The notes beneath the pieces are model-generated. The model worked only from the letters and a program-made list of their open reading frames with translations. It was not told the DNA's origin and did not search any database. Position numbers and translations under genes: made by a program. A stretch of 64,000 nucleotides of DNA. Source: the human T2T-CHM13v2.0 reference genome, Homo sapiens. The DNA lies in the NCBI RefSeq assembly GCF_009914755.1, contig NC_060935.1; one strand, given 5' to 3'. Positions 25,451 through 38,619 of the stretch are shown here, piece after piece. Every line of letters begins with the position of its first letter. Within the stretch, counting starts at the first letter, position 1.

Positions 25451-26367
25451 TTAAGTAGGGGGCCTGTAGTCTAGTCTTGAGTGCCTGAAGCCCCAGTCTT
25501 CTCTTAAAGCTCTTTGAAAAATTTCTAGACTAGTCCTATCTTTACAATTAGATGGCTACATCAGTTTCCACAGTAGCACAAGTTGCCCTGCAAACAAACT
25601 TAGCTATGATCCTGCCTCCCTGCCTTGCTCTTTAGGGATGATCTCCTGAGGAATCTGGACTTGCCTCTCTCTGAACAGAGTCACCTCGAGTTTGGCTATG
25701 AGACAAATAGTTAACCACAATAGTCACTTTGCCAACTACTCATATTCCAGTAGCAGTAGTGTAGTAATAATAGCTGCTACTTCTTGATCATTTACTATGC
25801 GTTAGAAATGCGCCAAGCTCTTTTTTTCATGTTTTATTTACTACCCATGATATACATAGGTTTTGGTTTCCAGTACAGCCAACCAAACTCCTACCAGATC
25901 TTATCCTTCCATAGATAGCAACTGTAAACTGTGGATAAATATAAAAACAAAAATGAAAATACAATGAACTAAGGTACTGAAAAATGACAAAGAAATTACA
26001 AGTAGATTCTGGAGGGAAATAGTTTGGAAGAAGGTAGTAGCATGTGGTATGCTTTTTTCATTTTTACAGCTTTTATCCTGAGGATAGACCAAATAAGTTA
26101 TGCAGAATTAGTAAACCTATGATACAAAACCCACAGTCTTTCCAGCGTAAAGAACCAAATGACAGAGTTCAGGCTAACCACAGCCACTGAAACATGAGGA
26201 AGGAATCCTGGAAAAGACATGGAGCTGACTTCTGTTTCTAAACTCTTTCCAAGTCTCTGGCTTACCCCTGCATGTGTGGGGCAGACTGGAAGTAGTTTGT
26301 ATCTAAGGCTTAAAGAACACACACCAACTGCCAGTGTGAATGTTTGCAGTGGGTGAGTCTGACCAAG

Positions 26368-26799
26368 TGTGATGGTTAGTGTTATGTATCAACTTGGCTA
26401 ACCCATAGTATGCAGTTGTTTGAACAAATACTAATGTACAGATAATGTGAAGGTATTTTGTAGATATGGTTAACATGTAAAATAGGTTCACTTCAAGTAA
26501 AGGACATTACCTTTGATGATGTGGGTGGGCTTCGTGCACTAGTTGAAGATCTTAAGAGCAAAAACTGGTGTTTCCTGAAGAAGAATTAATTCTGCCTCAA
26601 GAGTGCAATATCAAATCCTGCCTGCATTTCCAGCTTCCAGCCTATCCTACAGATTTCAGATTTGACAATTCCACAATGTGTGAACCAATTCCTTAAAGTA
26701 AAACTTTTATTATAATATGTGAGTGTGTGAATCCTATGTATATATCTCATATATATCCTATTAGTTATCTGAGTTCTCTGGAGAACCCTGACTGAAACA
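26368..26799 (+). mobile_element. ERVL solo LTR, MLT2D-like
   Basis: Starts 'tgtgatggttagtgttatgtatcaacttggcta', ends 'tctctggagaaccctgactgaaaca'; TSD ccaag/caaag. Confidence 0.88.
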
Positions 26800-27136
26800 C
26801 AAAGTTAATTGCCTGCTAAAAACAAAAATGCCAATACTCTTGCAGACTATAACAGAATCTAGAGGCTCCACAATATAATATTCACAATGTCCAAGATAAA
26901 ATCCAAAATTACTTTATGCACCAAAAATTAGGAGATTGTGACCCAGTTGCAAGAGAAAAGATAATCAACTGAGAATGACCCTGAAATTATTCCAGTGTTG
27001 GAATGAGAAAATAACGATTTTAAATCAGTTATTTTAACTATGCTCAATGAAGTAAAGGAAAATATGCTGTGCTGAATAAAGAGACACAAAATCTCAACAA
27101 AGAAAGAAAAACTACCAAAAATAACCAGATGGATAT

Positions 27137-30100
27137 AGTCTTGTGCCCACCAGCACTCTGCACCCACGCTAACACCACCACTGGTGTGAATGTGTGCACA
27201 GGTGCTGGCAGGGGCCCACTGAACCCCTAAGCTATGCTGCCACAGCCACTGCTGCAAATGCCAGCATGGAGAATGGCACTCAGGCATCTGCTAGCATCTT
27301 GCCACAGCATTCAGGCATCTGTCACTCAGGCATCTGCTAGCATCCTGTCACAGCCAACAAGCATGCATGCCACTGTGCTGCCACTGCTGCTGATGCTGGC
27401 ATGTGAGGACAAGGATGGATCCCACTGCCATTGCCCTGTGAAGTGCTTTAACTAGCACCACCAATCAGAGTGTTGTGACCAGTGGTCCAAGAGCACTTTG
27501 GCTGCTTCAGCACAGCAGGTTCCTAACATTGAAGAGCCACAGGACAAAAATGGGGCCCAATATTAGTCCCTCAGAGTTAGAGCACATAGTCCAGGACTTG
27601 GGAGCTGAGCCTTGGCCCCATAAAATCCTCCAGAAATGAAGCCACTTGACTGAACCCACCTTATACCACAATCAAACCTCCAAGGTCATCAAATAGGATA
27701 AAAGAAAAAAAGAACATCCAAAGGACAGCAACTTCAAAGACTGAAGGAATGAAGATGAGAAAGAACCAGTGCAACAACTCTGAGAACTCAAAAAACCAGA
27801 GTGTCTTATTTCCTCCAAATGACCAAATACTAGTTCTCTAGCAAGGGTTCTTAACCAGCCTGAGATGCCTGAAATGACAAAATTAGAATTCAGAATATGG
27901 GTAGAAACAAAGATCATCAAGATTCAGGAGAACATGGAAACCCAATCTAAAGGATCTAAGAATCACAATAAAAGGATACAGGAGCCGAAAGACAAAATAG
28001 CCAGTATAGAAAACAATATAACCAATCTGATATAGTTGAAAGACACACTACAAGAATTTTGTAATGCAATCACAAATATTAACAGTAGAACAGACCAAGC
28101 TGAAAAAAGTCTCAAGGCTTGAAGGCTGGCTATCTGAAATAAGATAGACAAGAATAAAGAAAAGAAACGTTAAAAAGAATGAACAAAAGCTCCATGAAAT
28201 ATGGGATTATGTAAAGAGACCAAATCTATGAATCCTTGGCATCTCTGAAAGAGACAGAGAGAATGGAAGCAACTTGGAAAACATATTTCAGGATATCATC
28301 AATGAGAAATTCCTCAACCTAGCTAGACGGGCTAGGTTCAAATTCAGGAAATGCAGAGAACTCCCACAAATACTTCACAAGATCATCCCATGACACATAA
28401 TCATCAGATTCTCCAAGGTCAAAATGAAAGAAAGAATGCTAAAGGCCACTAGAGAGAAAAGATAGGTCACTTACAAAAGGAAGCCCATCGGACTAACAGC
28501 AGACCTCTTGGCAGAAACCCTAAAAGCCAGAAGAGATTGGGGGCCTATATTCAACATTCTCATTTATTTTTATTTTTATTTTGTTTATTTAATTATTTTG
28601 AGACAGAGTCTCACTCTGTCACCCAGGCTAGAGTGCAGTGGCGCAATCTTGGCTTATCACGATCTTCACCCCCCAGGCTAAAGTGACTCTCGTGCCTCAG
28701 TCTCCTGAGTAGCTAGGATTACAGCCATGTGTCACCATGCCTGGCTAATTTTTGTATTTTTTTGTAGAGATGAGGTTTTGCTATGTTGCCCAGGCTCGTC
28801 TTGAACTCCTGGCCACAAGTGATGGCCTGCCTAAGCCTATCAAAATGCTGGAATTGCAGGCATGAGCCACTGTACACAGCCTTCAACCTTCTTAAAGAAA
28901 AGAAATTCCAACTCAGAATTTCATACCCAGCCGAACTAAGCTTCATAAGCAGGGAAAAATAAGAGCCTTTTCAGAAAAGCAAATACTGTGGGAATTCATT
29001 GTCACCAGACTTGCCTTACATCAGATCCTAAACAAGCACTAAACATGGAAAGACCATTACCAGCCACTACAAAAACACACTTAAGTACCTACACCGGTGA
29101 CACTACAAAGCAACTGCCTAAGTAAGTCAGCATAATAACAAGCTAACAACACAACGGCAGGATCAAATCCACACATATCAATACTAAACTTTAAAGTAAA
29201 TAGGCAAAATATCCCAATTAAAAGGCACAGAGTGGCAAACTGGATAAAGGAGCAAGAGCCAATGGTATGCTGTCTTCAAGAGACCAATCTCACATGCGGT
29301 GACACCCACAGGCTCAAAATAAAGGGATAGAGAAAAATCTACCAAGCAAATGGAAACCAGAAAAAAACAGGTGTTGCAATCCTAATTTCAGACAAAACAG
29401 ACTTTAAATCAACAAAGATTAAAAAAAAAAAAACATAAAAAGGGCATTACATAATGTAAAGGATTCAATTCAACATGAAGACAGAACTATCCTAAATATA
29501 TATGCACCTAACACAGAAGCACCCAGGTTCATAAAACAAGTTTCTAAAGACCTTCAAAGAGACTTAAGACTCCCACACAATAACAGTGGGAGACTTCAAC
29601 ACCCTACTGACAGTATTAGAGATCATTGAGGCAGAAAATTAATGAAGATATTCAGAACCTGAACTCAATACTAGACTAAATGGACCTGATAGATATCTAC
29701 CGAACTGTTTACCCCCAAACTACTGAATATACATTCTTTGCATTGCCACATGCCAATACTCTCTAAAATTGACCACACAATTAGACATAAAACAATCCTC
29801 AGCAAATGCAAAAGATCTAAAATCATATCAACAACTCTCTTGCACCACAGTGCAATAAAAACAGAATTCAAGACTAAGAAAATTGCTCAGAACCATATGA
29901 TTACATCAAAATTAAATCAATTGCCCCGGAATGACTTTTGGGTAAATGATGAAACAATGGCAGCAATTAAGAAGTTCTTTGAAATGAATGAGAAAAAAGA
30001 TGCAACATGTATGAATCTCTGCAATACAGCTAAGCTAGCACAAAGAGGGAAATTTATAGCACTAAATGCCCACATCAAAAAATTAGAAAGATCTCAAGTT

Positions 30101-33100
30101 AACAGTCTAACATCACAACTAAAAGAAGTAGAGAAGCAAGAGCAAACCAACCCCAAAGCTAATAGAAGACAAAAAAAATTACCAAAATCAGAGCTGAACT
30201 GAAGGAGACTGAGACACACACAAGAAACTCAAAATATCAGTGAATCCAGGAGCTGGTCTTTTGAAATACTAATAAGATATATAAAACTAGATAGACTAAT
30301 AAGAGAAGAGAGAAGATTCAAATACACATGATTAAAAATGACAGGGTGAAAATAACCACTGACCCCACAGAAATACAAATAACCATCAGAGACTATTATG
30401 AACACCAGCACAGGCTCAAAGTAGAAAATCTAGAAGAAATAGATAAATTTTGGGACATATACACCCACTCAAGACTGAACCAGGAAGAAACTGAATCCCT
30501 AAACAGACCAATGATGAGTTCCAAAATTGAATCAGTAATTAAAAAAAAGCCAGAAAAAGCCCAGGACCAGAAGGATTCACAGCTGAATTCTACCAGATGT
30601 GTAAAGAAGAGCTGGTACCATTCCTGCTTAAACTATTCCAGAAAACCAAGGGGGTGGAACTCCTGTTCAACTCATTCTATGAGGCCAGCACCATCCCAAT
30701 ATCAACACCTGGCAGAGATTCAACAGTAACAAAACTTCAGGCCAGTATACTTGATGAACAGTGACGCAAAAATCTTTAACAAAATACTAGCAAACTGACT
30801 CCAGCAGTCCATCAAAAAGCTAATCCATCATGATCAAGTAGGCTTTATCATTGGGATGCAAGGTTGGTTAAACCTATACAAATCAATAAATGTGATTCAT
30901 CACATAAAGAGAACTAAAGACAAAAATTACATGATCGTTTCAACAGATACAGAAAAGGCTTTCAAGAAAATACAACATCCCTTTATGTTAAAAGCTCTCA
31001 ACAAACCAGGTATTGATAGAACAGACCTCACACTAATACAAGCCATCTATGACAAACCCACAACCAACATCATACTAAATGGGCAAAAGCTGGAAACATT
31101 CCCCTTGAACACCAGCATATGACAAGGATGCCCTCTTCCACCACTCCTACTCAACATAGGAGTTTTATTGGAAGTCCTGGCCAGTGCAGTTAGGCAAGAG
31201 AAAGAGATAAAGGCATACAAATAGGAAGAGAGGAAGTCAAACTATCCCTGTCTGTAGATAACATGATCCTTTATCTAGAAAATCCCATAGTCTTGGTCCC
31301 AAAGCTCCTTAAGCTGATAAACAATTTCAGCAATGTTTCAGGATACAAAATCAATGTATAAAAATTACTAGCATTTCTATACACAAACAACAGCCAAGAC
31401 AAGAGCCAAATCAGGAATGCAATCCCATTCACAATTGCCACAAAAAGTAAAACATCTAGGAATATAGCTAACCAGGGAAGTGAAAGATCTCTACAATGAG
31501 ATCTTACAAAATACTGCTGAAAGAAATCCAAGATAACACAACAAATGGAAAAACATTCCATGCTCATAAATAGGAAGAAACAATATCACTAAAATGGCCA
31601 CACTGTCCAAAGCAATCTACAGATTCAATGCGATTCCTACCAAACTACCAGTGACATTCTTCACAGAACTAGAAAAAAAAATTCTAGTTTCATATGGAGG
31701 CAAAGAAAAGGCCCAAATAGCCAAGGCAATCCTAAGTAAAAAGAGTAGGGAGGGGGGAAAAGCAAAACAGAGGCATCATGCTGCCTGACTTTATACTACA
31801 GGGCTACAGTAACCAGAACAGCATCGTACTGATACAAAAACAGACATATAGACCAATGAACAGAATAGAGAGCCCAGACATAAGGCCACACATCTACAAC
31901 CATCTGATCTTCTACGAAGCTGACAAAAGCAATGTGGAAAGGACTCCCTATTTAATAAATGGTGCTGGGATAACTGGCCAGCCACATGCACAAGATTGAA
32001 ACTGGACCCCTTCCTTACACCATATAGAAAAGTCAACACAAGATGGATTAAGGATGTAAAACAAAAAACTGCAAAAACTCTGGAGGACACTGTATGCGGT
32101 ATCATTTTTAACATAGGACCTGGCAAACGTTTCATGATGAAGATGCTAAAAGCAGTCCCAACAAAAGCAAAAATTGACAAATGATATCCCATTAAAGTAA
32201 ATGAGTTCTACACAGCAAGAGAAACTATCAACACAGTAAATAGACAATGTACAGAATGGGAGAAAATGTTTGCAAACTATGCATCTGATAAAGGTCTAAT
32301 ATGCAGCATCTGTAAGAAACTTAAACAAATGTATAAGAAAAAACCAACCCCATTACAAAGTGGGCAAAGGACATGAACAGACACTTCAAAAGAAGACATA
32401 CATACAGCCAACAAGCATATGAAAAAAACTCAACATCACTGATCATTAGAGAAATGCAAATAAAAACCATCATGAGATACCATCTCACATCTTTTTAATA
32501 ATAGCCATTCTGACCATGAGATGGCGATTATCAAACATTTATTTTTATTAAATTTTTAAATATCAAATTAAACATTTATTTCTATTAAAATCTTATTTAT
32601 TATTTTATTAAATATTTATTATTTTTAATATTAGCCATCTCACAGACATAATGGCTACTATTAAAAAGTCAAAAAATAACAGATGCTGGCGAGGTTGCAG
32701 AGAAAAATGCGTACATGCTGTTGATGGGACTGTGGATTAGTTCAGCCTCTGTGGAAAGCAGTGTGGTGATTCCTCAAAGAGCTGAAAACAAAACTACCAT
32801 TTGACACAGCAATCCCATTGCTGGGTATATACCCAAAAGAATATAAAGCATTCTATCATTAAAACAGATGCAAGCATATGCTCATTGTGGCACTATTCAC
32901 AATAGCAAAGACGTGGAATCAACCTAAATGCCTATCAATGGCAGACTGGATAAAGAAAATATGGTACATATACAACATAGAATACTATACAGCCATAAAA
33001 AAGAATGAGATAATGGATGGAGCTTGAGGCTGTTATCCTTAACAAACTAACATATGTACAGAAAACCAAATACCACATGTTCTCACTCATAAGTGGGAGC

Positions 33101-33310
33101 AAAAGGATGAGAACAAATGGACACAAGGGGAACAGACACTGGGGCTTACCTAAGGGTGAAGGGTGGGAGGAGAGAGAGGAGCAGAAAAAATAACTATTGA
33201 GTACTAAGATTAGTACTAAGTGAGGAAATAATCTATACAATAAAACTCTGTGACATAAGTTTACCCACGTAACAAACCTGCACATGTACCCCTGAACCTA
33301 AAAGTTTATT
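27137..33310 (+). mobile_element. Near-full-length L1PA15-like LINE-1 (5'UTR truncated; ORF1 and ORF2 disrupted)
   Basis: ORF1 start ATG at 27755 (MRKNQ..); ORF2 peptides SKIDH (29738 ORF), [14 protein letters not shown] (30856), AIYRFNAIP (31594), KLDPFLTPY (31996); 3'UTR 'gagaggagcagaaaaaataactattg...cacatgtacccctgaacctaaaa'. Confidence 0.92.
28562..28881 (-). mobile_element. Alu, AluJb-like, inserted in L1 ORF1
   Basis: Full dimer; TSD ttcaacattct (28550-28560) / ttcaaccttct (28882-28892). Confidence 0.93.
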
Positions 33311-33317
33311 TAAAAAG

Positions 33318-33450
33318 TGATGTGAAATTTGATAGTGGTAGTGGTTGCACAACTCAGTGAATGTGCTAATAAAACTACGGAATTGTGTGCTTATAAAGGG
33401 TGAATCTTATGGTTTGTGAATTATATCTCAGTATAACTGTGATTTTTAAA
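33318..33450 (+). mobile_element. L1MB-type 3' terminal fragment
   Basis: 'gatagtggtagtggttgcacaactcagtgaatgtgctaa...tatggtttgtgaattatatctca'. Confidence 0.75.
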
Positions 33451-34176
33451 AAATTAACAGTCTCAAAAAAATAAAAATAAAACAGAAAATATTCAAAAGA
33501 AATAATGTGGACCTCTAGGATGTGTCTGCCAAAAAAAAAAAAAAAAAAAAAACAAAAACAGAAAATTCTGTAAAAATAAAAAGAACAAAATGAAAATGAT
33601 CAAACTGAAGAGTATAATATGTGCAATAATTATTCACTGGATGTGCTTAACAGTAGATTGCAGATAACGGAGGAAACTATCTGTAGATATTATGCAAACT
33701 AAAGAGGAGAGAGTAAAAATATTATTGAAGAAGTGAGAGGAGACTTGAGGAACTATGGGAAAATAGCAAAAAGTCTCCTGGACATTCAGAAGAAGGTGAA
33801 AGAAATAAGGAATAAAAATTGTTGAAAGGGTTAGTGGCTAAAATTTCCCAAACTTTGGAGAAGACATAAATTTACAAATTCAAGAATTCAGAAAATGCCA
33901 AGCAGGATAGATATAAAGAAATTCACATCTAGGGAAATCACAGTCAAATTACTAAAAACCAAAAATAGAAACCTTTGGAGCACTCAGAGAGAAATGACAC
34001 ATTACATAAAGGGCAATAATAACTCAAAATCTTGCTGATTTCTTATCAGTAAATATGGAGTCCAGAGAGTCGTGCAATAATCTTTAAAGTGTTAAAAAAA
34101 TACCCAGAATAAAAATAACCAATGATATTTTCGTTCAAGAATAAAGGTGAAAATAAAGATATCTTACAACAAAACA

Positions 34177-34331
34177 GGCCAGGCACAGTCGCTCACGTCT
34201 GTAATCCCAGCACTTTGGCAGACCAAGGCAGGAGGATTATTTGAGCCTAGAATTTTGAGGCTGCAGTAAGCTATGATTGCACCACTGCATTCCACCCTGG
34301 GTGACAGAGTGAGACCCCATCTCAAATAAAA
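34177..34331 (+). mobile_element. Alu monomer (FRAM-like or internally deleted AluJ)
   Basis: Left-arm start 'ggccaggcacagtcgctcac' runs into right-arm end 'gcagtaagctatgattgcaccactgc...gagaccccatctc'. Confidence 0.85.
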
Positions 34332-35119
34332 GAACCCCCCACAACAATTAAACAAAAAAGATAAAACCAACATAATTTATTGTCAGAAGATCTGCATGAT
34401 ACGAAATAATGAAGTGTTTCAGATTCAAGGAAAATGATACCAGATAGAAACATCTGTCCTTAGGAAGGAATAAAAGGCATTGGAAATTTTAAATATCTGG
34501 ATAAACATAACATACTAGATTTTCTTAATTTATTTAAAATAAAGCAAAAATTGTAGCATTGTCTTAGGACTGTAATATTTTCAGTTATTATATTACGGCA
34601 GCTATAACATAAGGGAAGGGGTGATAAATGAGTATATGGGGTTACAAGGTTTCTACATTTTATGATGTGTTACGCTATTAACTCTAAATAGAGATAAAAG
34701 TTAAGGACATAAATTGTAATCCCCAGAGCAATCACTAAAAGATTTCTTTTAGAAAAAGAAAATAATGCAAAGAGAACTAAAAAAACCAAAAGATAAAATA
34801 AATAGAATTCTAAAAATTATTTTAAAAACCAGGCAGTAAAGAACAAAGAAAGAAGCAAAAAGAGAGGAGACAAACAGAAAACAAACTAAACTAGCAGACC
34901 TAAATTCAACCATGACAATAGTTACAATAAATGTGAATGGACTAAATACTTCAATTAAAACCCAGAAATTAACAGAATTTATTTTTTTAAAAAAGCAAGA
35001 AGCAAAGCAACTATATCCTACCTAAAAGAAATGCCTGTAAGTAAGTGGATGGAAAAAGATAACCACGTAAACAGTAAACATAAACAGCTGGACTTGCTGA
35101 TTTTGTAGCAAACAGATTA

Positions 35120-35826
35120 CTGCTTTCGCCAGTTATCAATTTTATTGTCTCCCAGCTCCAAATCCATCCTCCTTTGGCCTGCTTTATGGTACTGTAGGTG
35201 GACTTTAAATATTTCACCATTGCCAACTTTGTTACGTTATGTCAGTAGAGGGTGCTGCAGGGACACGGTAGGAGGAAAGGGCTTTTCTTTCCGGTTTGGT
35301 GTACTTTTCTTCTTTCTCCCAGGCATGAGTGGCCTGTAGTGTGTGTGCAAGACATCCAGTGGTGCTCGCTTCCCACTGACTTAGTGGCAACTTTCTGGGC
35401 AGCTTTCTAGCCAGTTTGCACCAGCTGACATTCCAATGACTCTTTCGGGTGCCTCAGTAGGTGCCTTTCCAGTGAGTTCCAGCGACACCTTAGTGAGTAG
35501 TTTCCTAGTGAATTTTGTCAGGACCCTACTGTGCTGCCAGTTCTAGTTTGTACCTCCATGAACTTCTCGGCCATCCAATGTGCCAAACTCACATTTCCAA
35601 CCAGGTCTGAGTCTCATGCTTCCGGCCCTGTTCAAAATGTGTTTCTTCCTTAGGTACTGTTCCTTAGCCCCAGAGGTAGTAGCTGCTCTCTGTACCTGCC
35701 ATTCATCATTCATGGTAGAGCTTGCTCTGCCCCTTAGTAATTAATCTCCTGTTACTACCGAACAATTCCTTAGATTAAATTTGCCCTGTTCCACTTCTGT
35801 GTGATTTCTGGACCTTGACTGATATA
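35120..35826 (+). mobile_element. ERVL solo LTR, LTR41-like
   Basis: 'tctcccagctccaaatccatcc...gtcagtagagggtgctgcagggacac...aggaggaaaggg' and end 'gaccttgactgatata'; interrupts host L1 endonuclease region. Confidence 0.65.
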
Positions 35827-35901
35827 GATCTCAAGACAAAGAGCTTTATTAAGGACAAAAAATAACATAATTACAAAATAAAAAATAAAAAGCCCCTTTA
35901 T

Positions 35902-36050
35902 GGATTGCTGGAGCTTAGGGGTTCTGGTCTTCAGTGAGCTATGATAGCAAAACTGCATACCAGTCTGGGAAACAGAATGAGACCCTGTCTCAGGAAAAAA
36001 AATCAAACAAAAACAAAAACAAAAACAAAAATAAAAACAAAAAACAGACA
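35902..36050 (+). mobile_element. 5'-truncated old Alu right arm/monomer with (CAAAAA)n tail
   Basis: 'cagtgagctatgatagc...gagaccctgtctc' + A-rich tail; flanking aaaaagcccct repeated. Confidence 0.8.
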
Positions 36051-37099
36051 AAAAAAGCCCCTATGAAATGATAAAAGGTCTCATCAAGAAGACATTTAGA
36101 ATTGACAAAAAGGAACAAATGGATCATTACAGTAGTAACTGGAGACTTTAACATCCTTCTCTCAGAAATTAGAAAAAATAAAAGACATAAATGTTCTGAA
36201 CAAAACTATCAAACACCTTAAACTAATTAATATGTATAGGACACTATGCTGTAACTAGAAGATACTCATTCTTTTCAAGTACATGTGTTCATCAGAGTGA
36301 TTATGTTTTCAGCTACAAATTAAAGAAATTAAAACAATTAAAAAGGATTAAATTTATATAAAGTATGTTCTCTGATCTCAATGGAATTAATTTGAAGTCA
36401 ATAATAACAATAAGATACCTTGAAATATCACAATATTTGATAATAAATATACTTCTAAATAATACATGGATAAAAGAAATCATGCAGAAAATTAGAAAAC
36501 ATTTTGATCTAAATTCGAATAAAAATACAACATATCAGAATTTGCAAGATAGAACAACAGCAATGTTTAGAGAGAGTTATTGCTCTGAACAACGACCCCT
36601 GAGACTACTGTAAGAAGCCACCAAAAGAACACCAAAATAAATGCAAAATTAGAAAAAAGAAAGTAATAAAAATAATATGTCTAAGATAAAGTGTATAAAA
36701 AATGGCTAATAATTTTTAAAATTAGTAAAGCCCAAAGGTGAGTTTTTTGAAGACTCAGAAACTTAGTAAAACTCTAGCTAGACTGATTAAGGAAAAGGAT
36801 GAGAAAATACAAATTATCAATATCAAACATAAGAAAAGGGATTATTATTTTGGATACTACAGATACTTAAATGATATTAAAAGAATATTATTAATAACTT
36901 ATGTCACATATTCAACAACATATTCAACACATTATTTGAAAAATACTGTTTACCAAAACTGACATAAGAAAAAACAGAAAATCTGAATAGCCCTATTTCT
37001 AATAAGAAATTAAATCATTATCAAATCCTCTCACAAAGAAAACTTCAGGTCTAGAAGGCTTTAGTGGTTCTATCAGACAACAAAAAAAGAAACAAAATT

Positions 37100-37423
<324 letters not shown>

Positions 37424-38619
37424 TTAAATCTTATCAAATCCTATCAGACATTAAAGAAAGAACTGAAACCAATCTTACATAAATAGTTTCACAAAACAGA
37501 GAAGAAAAACTTCCCAACTTGTTTTATGAAGCCAGCATAACCATAATGCCAAAATCTGACAAAATATTAAAAGTAAATAAGGCTAATATCTCTTATGAAC
37601 ATACATGCAAAAATACCTAACAAGATTAGCAAGTTGAATCAGTAATAGAAAAAAAGAATAATATATCATAATCATGTAAGTTTTAATCCCACCATGCTAA
37701 ACTTAATTAATGCTATTTGCTATATTAATATAGAAGAAAAATCACATAATCACTTCAATAGATGCAGAAAAAGAAATTTACAAAATTTAAAATCCATTCA
37801 TGTTAAAAAAAAGTCCCAGAAAACTAAAAATAGATGAACATTTCTATAAGCTAATAAAGGACTCTACCAGAAACCCTGTAGCAATTATTATACCTAATGG
37901 TGAAATACTGAATACTTTTCCTAGGCTGAAAATACTGAATACTTTTTCTAGGTTGTGTCTCCTAGATAGGAAATGAAGAAAGGATCCAACAATAAAAATA
38001 CTGGAAAGTTAATAAAGTGGATGAAGTAAAACTGTTTCTATCTGTAGCTAATATAATCATTTACACAGAAAATCCACAGGAAACTGCAATACATATATTA
38101 GACCTAATAAGTAAATTTAGCAAAATAGTAGGGTACAATGTTAACATGTAAAAATCACTAAAAATTTATAGCAGTAAATATGTAAATACTTTCATTTACA
38201 TGTTATACAACATAAAATATTTTGGAATAAATTTAACAAAGATGTAGAGAACCTTTACACTGAAGGCTACAAAATGTTATTGAGCAAAACTAAAATAGAT
38301 CTGAATAAATGGAAGGATATACTGTGTTCAATTTCTTAAGATAACAACTCAACTTACATTGATCTATAGATTCAATACAATCCAAGTAAATTCAATACAA
38401 TGAATCCAAGAAAGCTTTTTTCCCCTAGTATCTCTGACCTGGCCAAACTTCCTTTGCCTGATCTATTGTCTACTAATAGCAGGTATGAAGTAGGAACTTT
38501 CAGGAACTTTATAATCTGGGCCCTGACTATATTTGCAGCATCATCTCCTGTGATCCCACCCCTACTGTGTACTTCTGGCATGCCAAACTACAAACAACTC
38601 TCCCAAAGTGTCATTATAT

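Noticed and set aside
27755-33000. Functional L1 ORF1/ORF2
   Set aside because: Many stops and frameshifts, Alu in ORF1, ORF2 start appears mutated (acg at ~29154)
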